From Candidatus Poseidoniaceae archaeon (lineage in GTDB: Archaea > Thermoplasmatota > Poseidoniia > Poseidoniales > Poseidoniaceae), in the NCBI GenBank assembly GCA_938084675.1, contig CALKGM010000014.1, positions 2,454 through 66,453 on the forward strand: DNA of 64,000 bases, given 5' to 3'. The notes under the pieces are model-generated. The model had not been told where the DNA came from. It searched no databases and saw only the letters and a list, made by a program, of their open reading frames with translations. Both the position numbers and the translations under genes were made by a program. Positions within the stretch are counted from its first letter, which is position 1; every line of letters begins with the position of its first letter. Shown in pieces: positions 38,901-45,950 of this stretch.

Positions 38901-41900
38901 GGAGCATCCTCGGCTGAGCTTGAATCTCTCCGCGTTAGGGCAAGACCTCTTCCAAACGGCGGTGGCTCTGCAATTGCATCCGTTCAATCCATAGTTCAAC
39001 CGCCTGCGATTGACAGCGAGTTTGCTCTTGAGCGAGCAATTCGTGCTTATGTCGGCGACCGGATTGGAACATTCAGCAATTATCCTGCATCGTTCTGTCA
39101 CGGGCACGTTATGCTTCGTGAAGGCTTGGGCTTGAATGAATCTTCCATCCAACAAGTGATTTCAACACTGGCTGCAGAAGCAGAAACCGATGGGGAATAC
39201 GATGCGAGCAAGGCCCAAACAGCCGGCGATCTGGCTCGTTGGGTACGCATGCCCCCTTCTTCATGGACGCCAATGTCTACCGTCACTGCTCCTGCTCAAT
39301 TGCAACAACAACACATCGTTCAAACAACTTCTGCAGTGCACTCTCGTTCTGGCTCAACCAGAGATGTCGACCCGTTCGTAATCACTGGAGTCTCCCTTGG
39401 ACTGCCCGGTATGGACCGAGTCTTTTCAGAAGATACATTTGAGAAACTCGTACGAGGGGAAACATGCATCAGTGAGGTCTCTGATGAGTATAAACAACGA
39501 CTGTTGGATAAGAACATTGTACGCTTGATCAAAGGTCGGGACGGCTCAGTGAATATGGACCAGGCAACCGTATTCGGAGACATCCCTCAACTTGCAGGAA
39601 TCAAAGGTGCGTTTGACCTCTCCGAAGAGTTCGGAATTGACCCGAAAGCAGTCTTGGCTTGGGATATCAGCACTCAGTTGTCGGTTGCTGCTGGATTGTT
39701 AGCACTTCGCGACGCAGGTATACCGCTAACTCCAGTTGAACAAGTTGGAAAAGGGGGTCTTCGGCTCATTAGAAACTGGCAGGTTCCACAAATCCAACGT
39801 GAACGAACCGGTATTGTATTTTCATCGTGTTTCCCAGGTTTGCAAATGGCTTCAAAGCATGCAAAAACCAACGGAGATGATGGCGAAGGGCGATTTGACC
39901 GTCGTTATCTCTTCCAAGCCCTCAACATGGGGCATTCACAATTTGCCCAATATACGGGAATACGTGGGCCCAACACAACAATCAATCTTGCATGTGCATC
40001 TGCTACAGCAGCTTTTGGTGTTGCTGAGGACTGGCTTGAGAACGACAGAGTGGACCGCGTTGTCATCATCAGTGGAGACGACGTAACCGGTGACGACCTT
40101 TGGGAATGGATTGCAGGTGGATTCGCAGCATCAGGAGCGGCTGCAACGAACAATGTTGTTGAGGAGACGGCTTTACCCTTTGACCGCCGCCGTAATGGAC
40201 TTATTCTCGGAATGGGGGCCGCAGCGTTTGTTGTTGAACGTCATTCTGAAGCCAAGCAACGTGGTGTTCAGCCGATTGCAGAATTCCTCGGCTCCACAAC
40301 TGCAAACTCTGCCTACCACGGAACTCGGCTTGACGTCGAACATGTAGGTGAAATCGTCAACGGTTTCATCACTTCAATGGAACAACGATGGGACATTAAC
40401 CGACATGAAATCGCTCCCAAGACGGTCTTCTTTTCCCACGAAACCTACACTCCGGCACGTGGTGGTTCTGCTCAATCCGAAGTCAAAGCACTCCGAGAAA
40501 CCTTTGGAGAATCTACGGATAAGCTCGTCATTGCCAATACTAAAGGATTCACAGGACACCCAATGGCGGTAGGTATTGAAGACGCAAGCATGTTTTATGG
40601 AATGCTCACTGGGCGTATTCCCCCGATTGCTAATCACAAAGAACAGGACCCCGAATTAGGTGATTTGAATCTTTCAAAAGGTGGCGACTACCCTGAACTT
40701 CAGTATGGTCTTCGTTTTGCAGCAGGGTTTGGTTCACAAATTGCACTTTCGCTGGTTCGTCGTTGGCCCATTGAAGGTGAGCGAATCAACGGGGCAGTCT
40801 TGTTGGCTTGGGCCAGGAACCTTGCGGGAACAGATGACGTAGTGATGCGGGTCCTTCAGAATAAACTCGTAGCATACGTCAATGGTGATGACAATCTCCA
40901 TGGCGGGGTACAAGGAGATACTTGGCAACCTACAGAGGACTGGGAGGGTAAGCCATCGATTCAGCCCGAAGTGCCCGCTCCGAACCCTGTACATGAGCCC
41001 GCTCCGAGTCCAGTGGTTGCACCTTCCTCTCCATCCGCACGGGCAGTCGCTGCTCCGATTGCAACCGATGAATCCACCGTTCAAACGGTGATTGATGTCG
41101 TTGTGACTCACACTGGATATCCGTCTGACTTCATTGAGTTGGACCAAGATTTAGAGGGTGAACTCGGCATTGATACCGTTAAGCAAGCGGAAATTATGGC
41201 CGACATTAGAGAAAAATTTTCACTTCCAGTGGATGAAGATTTCATCCTATCAGACTATCCAACGTTGAATCACATGATCTCGTACATTCAACAGATGACG
41301 GGGGGGGAAGTTCCTGCACCTCTTCCTCAACCGCCCGTATCTTCCTCAGTTGCGGCTAAAGAGGTCGTTGCGGACATGAAGCCATTGGCTTCGCCCACAT
41401 CGGTAGTAGACGACGCATCCATGCGAGACATCGTCGTTGAAGTTGTCGTTGAACATACAAAGTATCCAGCCGACTTCATTGAGTTGGACCAAGATTTGGA
41501 AGGAGAACTTGGTATTGATACCGTCAAACAAGCGGAAATCATGGCGGATATCCGAGAACGTTTCTCTCTTCCAATCGATGAAGACTTTGTTCTCTCGGAT
41601 TATCCAACCTTGAACCACATGATGGGTTACATCCAAAAGATGCAGGGAGGGACTGTCCCAACACCAGAACCACCTGCTGCTCCAGCAGGATATGTTGAGT
41701 CCACTCCCGCTCCTGCTGAGGTTGTCACATCAGTACAACCGCCCGTAGCAACAGGGACTAATCCCGATATTGAAGCAGTTCTTATCGAAGTTGTCGTTGA
41801 GCATACTGGTTATCCTGCCGACTTTATTGAAATGGACCAAGATTTAGAGGGTGAACTCGGCATTGATACTGTCAAACAAGCGGAAATCATGGGGGATATC

Positions 41901-44705
41901 CGAGAACGGTTCACGCTTCCAGTCGATGAGGACTTTGTTCTCTCTGACCACCCAACCTTGAACCATTTCACTGCCTACATCATCAAAATGACGGGTGGCG
42001 TATCTTCGGATGCTCCTCTTCCGGTTGAACCAACTGAGGAGTCCCCAGCAATTCCCGATGAACACTCCGGAGTATCTTTCGGAACTCGTCGCTGGCAGGT
42101 TGAAGTTGAAGACTGCACCGGTATTCCAGCCCCACTTTCCATCGACGGCACCGTGGTTGTCACTGATGATGGATGGGGGATTGCAGAGGCCTTCTGTCAA
42201 CGTATGGATGCCCGAGGGCTCCATGCAGTCCGTGTTGGGTTTGAGAGTCGTATTCGTGACCCATCCGTTCTTGACGAAGGTGGACGAACCGTCTACAGAG
42301 CAGACCCAGAGCAACCCGAGCACCTCGCATGGATATGTGAACAACTCAAGGCTACATCCATCGGGGCCCTGATTCACATGGCTCCAATAAAAATCGCATC
42401 GGCCCAATGGGAAGAAGATACGATACCATCCTCACAAATTGCTCTAGCTGGTCACGGTTGGTTTGCGTTACTCAAAGAATTGAATCACCATCTTTCTGAC
42501 CAAAAGCCAGCCATCATTGCCTCTGTTACCGCTATGGACGGCCGCCATGGAAACATTGGTGAGCGTTTCAATTCCATTCAGTGTGCTGCCTCAGGCGTGA
42601 CCAAATCCTATGCCTTTGAGCGACCGGACTTGCGGTGTAGAGCAATTGACCTTCATCCGGATATCCTGTTCGAAGATGGAGAGGCTGCAAAGCAAATTGA
42701 ACATGATCTGTTCGAACTTGGCGGAGAAGTTGAAATTGGTTTGGACCGAGATGGGCGACGATGGGCTCTTGTTGCATTTGCCGAGAATCTCGTGGAAGAC
42801 CCCAAATCCTTGACCAAGGAAGATACGTGGCTGGTTTCTGGCGGTGGCTCGGGAGTTACTGCCGCATCGGTTATCGGTGTTGCACAAGCCAGTCCAAATG
42901 CAGGGGCGCACTTCATTCTTCTCGGGCGTTCATCGTTAATTGAATCAACACAATCGTGGATTGGTTGGACCAAAGAGCAACTTTCAGACGAAAAGAATGC
43001 ACTACGAGAACGCCTGGTTGAAGGTTCGGAGAATGGCAAAGTTACCATGGTTGAATGGAATTCTTCATGGCAGAAGTTTACCCGGAGCATGGATGTTTAC
43101 ATCACGATTGACACCATACAACAGACTGGTAATACGGCGGAATATCGTTCCGTGAATGCCATGGACCATGACGCTCTTGTATCTCTTGGAGAAGGACTTG
43201 AATCACCCATTACTGGAATTATCCACGGTGCTGGATTGGAAGACTCCAAACTTGTGAGCGACAAATCTCATGAGATCTTTGACAGAGTTGTGCGTGTCAA
43301 AGTCGATGGATGGCGAGCACTGCTTGGCGCAGTACAGGCTTCTGGCCGAGACTATCCGGAGTTTGCAGCATGTTTCACAAGTGTAGCTGGCCGTTTCGGC
43401 AATGGTGGGCAAACTGACTATGCAGCGGCGAATTCTGTTCTTGATGCAGAGATGTCACGGCTCACTGCAAGTTCCTCATGCCGAGCAGTAGCCATCGGAT
43501 GGACCGGTTGGAGGGATGTCGGCATGGCCACACGTGGTTCAATTGAAGCCGTCTTTGAAGCGGCAGGAATTGAAACGCTTTCGGTTGAAGATGGCGTCAA
43601 GATCTTCGTTGATGAAGCTCTTCGCGGTGGAAAGCGAAGAGTCCTTGGTTGCGGCTCTCTCGGTCTTATGGACCGATTTGATTCGTTCAGGGAGGCTCCG
43701 TTGAAATTGCCCCCCGGTATGGCCGGAACCATTGCTGACCCTGCCCGCTTTCCTTTCATTGACAAGGTATTGAGTCTGGTAGAAGGTTCCCATATGACAA
43801 CGCAATGCACGCTTTCGGTCGAAGACCATCCGTTCCTGACCGACCATGCGATTGACGGTGTCCCATACCACCCTGGTGTTATGGCGCTTGAGATGTTTGC
43901 ACAAAGTTCCCTTCTTTTACGCCCATCAACCTGCTTAGCAGGCTTTGAAGGGGTCACGTTTGGCCTACCTGTTAAACTGATGAAAGGGCCAATGACGGTT
44001 CGTGTAATCGCCCAACTTGACCGTCAAGAAGATGATATGACATGGATAAAGTGTTCTTTAGTTTCGGACCTGACCAATTCCAAAGGGGAAGTGTTCGGTG
44101 AACGAGAACACCACGTTGCGACCGTAAGATTGGTAGAAAAGTGCGAAGACCTTTGTCCATTCCTACAACGAGAAGTCGATGAACTGCCGGCGATTGGAAT
44201 TCCTCCTTCTGGAGAACTCGTCCAAAATCCAGCATTCATTTACATGCGCTATTTCCACGGAGCACGATTCCAATCGCATGGGGGCGTGTTGCGAGGTGTT
44301 GGTGACGAAGAAATGCCTGGGATTGACGGACTGGCTTTGATGCGACACCAGCTCCCTCTTACGGACCAATTCTCAAGTGAATCCAAAGGAGAAGCCGTTC
44401 TATTGGAGGCCCTTCCAATGCTGATTGAAGCCGGTTTCCAAAATGCAGGCTTGGTCGCAATGGAGTCTAAGGGTTTCAGCAGTCTACCGGTTGGTATTGG
44501 ATGGTCTACCATGCTTCGTGTGCCAGAGAACGATGAAACCCTCCGTCTAAGAAGCATACAAACCTCCTCTGATGAAGAAGGTGTTACGGTTCATGATGTT
44601 GTCATTGTTGGTGATGATGATGCCCCGATTCTGGCGATGAAAGGCTTGAGGCTGAAGGCGATGGCTCCAGTTGCTGACGAACAGAAATTCGAATTCAATC
44701 GCTAA
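35901..44705 (+). CDS. Type I FAS/PKS-like megasynthase (PfaA-like), 2934 aa: KS-AT-[ACP-like]-KS-ACP-ACP-ACP-KR-DH
   Basis: A single open frame (GTG 35901 or ATG 35910) containing every domain signature listed in the sub-features below. Confidence 0.9.
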   Translation: MNNMTITTQDGKACEGLEQGPFEPIAVVGVGALMPDAPDIDAFWQNIIEKKISIAPLPEGRWPGPVNHFWKEGGPGQHTEGFTYSKIGALVKGDEFDWRRWRQPPGTLPQIDPCQLWAVTVAADAIEHAGYGAETKDIDRSKTGVVFANALGGENRNLSNIRVWSNHTKETAISHGMPSGNAESFVANINEGTPRVDEDTMPGELANVVSGRVANLLDLQGPNHAMDAACASSMAAVLDACRLLQTRQVDVMLAGATDRTMDPATFAKFSAIGALSPTHSSPFDARANGFVMGEGAGVLVLKRLNDAIESGDEIYSVIRGIGGSSDGRGKGITAPSQRGQIQAIARAYNQAGYPASSVELVEAHGTSTKVGDATELSTLSRLWTGLGGTGKVAVGSIKSQIGHLKAAAGIAGIMKTVMALHHRTIPPSANFETPNPTVDWSNIPFFVPTEALEWPRPSDNPRRAGVSAFGFGGTNFHIALEGYEPDVHRPLASEWEMRWSAYSRSAPKTMAASILDVNATPSMNHEALKSIEGGLLLLSSASVGGLKDALAALEFTGARFDEDPRGRRLSEALQTASQSYDAKADARMALIATSWAEFDKRVGLALKAMDDSEKWGFLQSQGVLISSEPSLPAEAKVAHMYPGQGSQYVGMTNDLVKRFSPAASVWEQADITMVDVLDGESLSSFVLRDSLSAEERTEAEHKLKQTEYTQPAMLTADLAIERTLNAFGHHPDMVAGHSLGEYAALMSSGILDMDGALRAAAARGTEMGSVEIDDKGLMASVTAPYEEVAAILESTEGYVIAANKNSPKMTVIAGETEPVRAAMAAFESKGFNSVELATSHAFHSRIVAPANEPLRRFLEGLEIRWPSIPITANVDGSFYPMDGADSKAGILNQLAPQMASAVEWTKQIETMYDAGGRVFLEVGPKRALTMFAMQILEGRPHVPIMSNHPKQGGIATFLTALGALALAGRPPQWPDSNSEVLSEAFRAGPIEAHQEQVTATGASSAELESLRVRARPLPNGGGSAIASVQSIVQPPAIDSEFALERAIRAYVGDRIGTFSNYPASFCHGHVMLREGLGLNESSIQQVISTLAAEAETDGEYDASKAQTAGDLARWVRMPPSSWTPMSTVTAPAQLQQQHIVQTTSAVHSRSGSTRDVDPFVITGVSLGLPGMDRVFSEDTFEKLVRGETCISEVSDEYKQRLLDKNIVRLIKGRDGSVNMDQATVFGDIPQLAGIKGAFDLSEEFGIDPKAVLAWDISTQLSVAAGLLALRDAGIPLTPVEQVGKGGLRLIRNWQVPQIQRERTGIVFSSCFPGLQMASKHAKTNGDDGEGRFDRRYLFQALNMGHSQFAQYTGIRGPNTTINLACASATAAFGVAEDWLENDRVDRVVIISGDDVTGDDLWEWIAGGFAASGAAATNNVVEETALPFDRRRNGLILGMGAAAFVVERHSEAKQRGVQPIAEFLGSTTANSAYHGTRLDVEHVGEIVNGFITSMEQRWDINRHEIAPKTVFFSHETYTPARGGSAQSEVKALRETFGESTDKLVIANTKGFTGHPMAVGIEDASMFYGMLTGRIPPIANHKEQDPELGDLNLSKGGDYPELQYGLRFAAGFGSQIALSLVRRWPIEGERINGAVLLAWARNLAGTDDVVMRVLQNKLVAYVNGDDNLHGGVQGDTWQPTEDWEGKPSIQPEVPAPNPVHEPAPSPVVAPSSPSARAVAAPIATDESTVQTVIDVVVTHTGYPSDFIELDQDLEGELGIDTVKQAEIMADIREKFSLPVDEDFILSDYPTLNHMISYIQQMTGGEVPAPLPQPPVSSSVAAKEVVADMKPLASPTSVVDDASMRDIVVEVVVEHTKYPADFIELDQDLEGELGIDTVKQAEIMADIRERFSLPIDEDFVLSDYPTLNHMMGYIQKMQGGTVPTPEPPAAPAGYVESTPAPAEVVTSVQPPVATGTNPDIEAVLIEVVVEHTGYPADFIEMDQDLEGELGIDTVKQAEIMGDIRERFTLPVDEDFVLSDHPTLNHFTAYIIKMTGGVSSDAPLPVEPTEESPAIPDEHSGVSFGTRRWQVEVEDCTGIPAPLSIDGTVVVTDDGWGIAEAFCQRMDARGLHAVRVGFESRIRDPSVLDEGGRTVYRADPEQPEHLAWICEQLKATSIGALIHMAPIKIASAQWEEDTIPSSQIALAGHGWFALLKELNHHLSDQKPAIIASVTAMDGRHGNIGERFNSIQCAASGVTKSYAFERPDLRCRAIDLHPDILFEDGEAAKQIEHDLFELGGEVEIGLDRDGRRWALVAFAENLVEDPKSLTKEDTWLVSGGGSGVTAASVIGVAQASPNAGAHFILLGRSSLIESTQSWIGWTKEQLSDEKNALRERLVEGSENGKVTMVEWNSSWQKFTRSMDVYITIDTIQQTGNTAEYRSVNAMDHDALVSLGEGLESPITGIIHGAGLEDSKLVSDKSHEIFDRVVRVKVDGWRALLGAVQASGRDYPEFAACFTSVAGRFGNGGQTDYAAANSVLDAEMSRLTASSSCRAVAIGWTGWRDVGMATRGSIEAVFEAAGIETLSVEDGVKIFVDEALRGGKRRVLGCGSLGLMDRFDSFREAPLKLPPGMAGTIADPARFPFIDKVLSLVEGSHMTTQCTLSVEDHPFLTDHAIDGVPYHPGVMALEMFAQSSLLLRPSTCLAGFEGVTFGLPVKLMKGPMTVRVIAQLDRQEDDMTWIKCSLVSDLTNSKGEVFGEREHHVATVRLVEKCEDLCPFLQREVDELPAIGIPPSGELVQNPAFIYMRYFHGARFQSHGGVLRGVGDEEMPGIDGLALMRHQLPLTDQFSSESKGEAVLLEALPMLIEAGFQNAGLVAMESKGFSSLPVGIGWSTMLRVPENDETLRLRSIQTSSDEEGVTVHDVVIVGDDDAPILAMKGLRLKAMAPVADEQKFEFNR
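35964..37350 (+). other. Megasynthase domain: ketosynthase 1
   Basis: PIAVVGVGALMP, active-site DAACASS (Cys230, codon 36588..36590), EAHGTSTKVGD, SIKSQIGHLKAAAG and FGFGGTNFHIAL. Confidence 0.9.
37809..38700 (+). other. Megasynthase domain: acyltransferase (malonyl-type)
   Basis: YPGQGSQY, GHSLGE (Ser738, codon 38112..38114), and an HAFH motif (aa 840-843) of the malonyl-specific type. Confidence 0.85.
39030..39250 (+). other. Megasynthase segment: cryptic ACP-like helical segment with degenerate attachment motif
   Basis: IRAYVGDRIGTFSNYPASFCHGHVMLREGLGLNESSIQQVISTL...TAGDLARWV follows carrier-protein spacing, but GLNES replaces GxDS. Confidence 0.3.
39369..40770 (+). other. Megasynthase domain: ketosynthase 2 (Cys-His-His retained)
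   Basis: FVITGVSLGLPG, INLACASATAAF (Cys1365, codon 39993..39995), FFSHETYTPARGG and NTKGFTGHPMAVG. Confidence 0.8.
41070..41991 (+). repeat. Three tandem ACP-domain repeats (period 345-348 nt) inside the megasynthase
   Basis: The unit DFIE(L/M)DQDLEGELGIDTVKQAEIM(A/G)DIRE(K/R)F(S/T)LP(V/I)DEDF(I/V)LSD(Y/H)PTLNH occurs three times. The attachment-site position is Thr in each copy (codons ACC 41175, ACC 41520, ACT 41868; aa 1759, 1874, 1990). Linkers are Pro/Ala-rich. Confidence 0.85.
42150..43625 (+). other. Megasynthase domain: ketoreductase (with N-terminal structural subdomain)
   Basis: TWLVSGGGSGVTAA (NADPH Rossmann), SVAGRFGNGGQTDYAAANSVLD (catalytic Tyr/Asn) and IGWTGW. Confidence 0.8.
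43749..44690 (+). other. Megasynthase domain: PKS-type dehydratase (double hotdog)
   Basis: HPFLTDHAIDGVPYHPGVMALE is the HxxxGxxxxP motif, with His2649 at codon 43845..43847. Confidence 0.75.
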
Positions 44706-44716
44706 GCGGTGAGGCT

Positions 44717-45484
44717 ATGGAATCCGATGTCGTTCTCCTCGATGTCCCTCCATCTTTTTCAAAACACGTACGGGTTTATTCAATGCCAATCCGACATTTT
44801 GAGTGTGATGATGTCCCGCTTGCAAATGCCGACGAGGTAGCGACCTTTGCTACTTCAAAGCGAAACGATGAGCATCTCAGTGGAAGGTGGTTGTTGGGAC
44901 ATTGTCTCGGGCTGTGGGGTGTTAAGGATCTCTCCGTACTCGATATTGTACGTGACGAACACAGAGCGCCTCGGGTCGTGTTTTTACAAGGAATGTGGCT
45001 CAATACCCCCCTTCCTTCGTTTTCTATCTCGCACAGTAATGGCCATGTCTTCCTCGCTTTATGTGAGTCTGAGTTTGATATTGGTTTTGATGCTGAACCT
45101 GCTGAACGCTCTCTTGCTTCAAATGCCTTTGATATGATTTCTACAGGTTTGGAATTGGAACAATTACGTATGAATCCTGATTCATCAATGATGTTGTGGA
45201 CCAGCAAAGAAGCCGTGCAAAAAGCAATGCGAAAAGGCATGCATTTGAACCCGAGAGAAATCAAAATTTCAATTGGAGATTTAGAACAAAATATTTCAAT
45301 TGAAAAATCAATAATTCAATTGGGAAATTGGACTCAAAAAGGGTATCAAATGGCTCTCGCCCTCCGCCAAAAACCCTCCGTGTATTTAACCGCTGAAGAG
45401 CGCTTGTTAGAGTCCACTCGCCTCGCTATGCTAGACCGACCTGATTGGGGTGTCGGCTGCAACACGAATCGGAATAACGTCTGA
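44717..45484 (+). CDS. Sfp-type 4'-phosphopantetheinyl transferase
   Basis: FSISHSNGHV, IGFDAEP and WTSKEAVQKAMRKG are the PPTase motifs. GGTGAGG lies 5 nt upstream of the ATG, which is 11 nt after the megasynthase stop. Confidence 0.75.
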   Translation: MESDVVLLDVPPSFSKHVRVYSMPIRHFECDDVPLANADEVATFATSKRNDEHLSGRWLLGHCLGLWGVKDLSVLDIVRDEHRAPRVVFLQGMWLNTPLPSFSISHSNGHVFLALCESEFDIGFDAEPAERSLASNAFDMISTGLELEQLRMNPDSSMMLWTSKEAVQKAMRKGMHLNPREIKISIGDLEQNISIEKSIIQLGNWTQKGYQMALALRQKPSVYLTAEERLLESTRLAMLDRPDWGVGCNTNRNNV

Positions 45485-45487
45485 CGC

Positions 45488-45913
45488 TCAATCCCAAATA
45501 CGGCTTGATTCCCACGGGAGGTTCATGGCGATTCCGAGTTCGGTTAGAATCACGAAGTTGAACAGGAGATAGAGAAGGACGGTTAGGGTTCCAACGAGGA
45601 GACTTGTATTGATGACCCGTTGCCGTTGTCGCTTTGCCTCATCTAAGGTGCAGATCCCTTCGTTTCGGAAGTAAATGACGAGGCCTACCGCCACCATCAG
45701 TGCTGAAGCAACCAGTAGAAGCGGTCTAAACCACCCCATGCCGTTGTACCCCCAATAGAGGTCATCGGATAGCGCCGCCGCCGTCGAGACGCTTGCAAGG
45801 CCAAAGAAAACCAAGACTACACTTGGTAAGCAGCACAACGAGGCCATAAGAGCAGAACCACTGATGAGTTTCCACAATGAGCGCAAATCGCTTGTAGCAG
45901 TCTGCTCACTCAT
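45488..45913 (-). CDS. Small membrane protein with Cys-Cys motif (MerT/MerC-like?)
   Basis: 141 aa with 4 hydrophobic segments. The first contains LCCLPSVVLVFFGLA, which is reminiscent of CC metal-binding motifs in mercury-transport proteins. Confidence 0.35.
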   Translation of the reverse strand: MSEQTATSDLRSLWKLISGSALMASLCCLPSVVLVFFGLASVSTAAALSDDLYWGYNGMGWFRPLLLVASALMVAVGLVIYFRNEGICTLDEAKRQRQRVINTSLLVGTLTVLLYLLFNFVILTELGIAMNLPWESSRIWD

Positions 45914-45950
45914 GGTGCTTCATGACAGGATTCGCTTTTGAAGCGTTGTT

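Noticed and set aside
41070-41991. Tandem ~346-nt DNA repeats that might suggest a CRISPR-like array or mobile-element repeats. The same question arises for the 50690..53400 repeats.
   Set aside because: Both repeat sets lie in frame inside long ORFs and encode ACP domains and Ca-binding-type units respectively. The periods and the lack of unique spacers are incompatible with CRISPR.
36007-44557. Numerous 60-190-aa ORFs on both strands inside the megasynthase (for example 43418..43957, 41844..42407, 37971..38429). The same pattern occurs inside the S8 protease (for example 51988..52542, 50953..51489, 52608..53099).
   Set aside because: They overlap long, motif-rich CDSs out of frame or antisense and have low-complexity or repeat-derived sequences. 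They are typical shadow ORFs.
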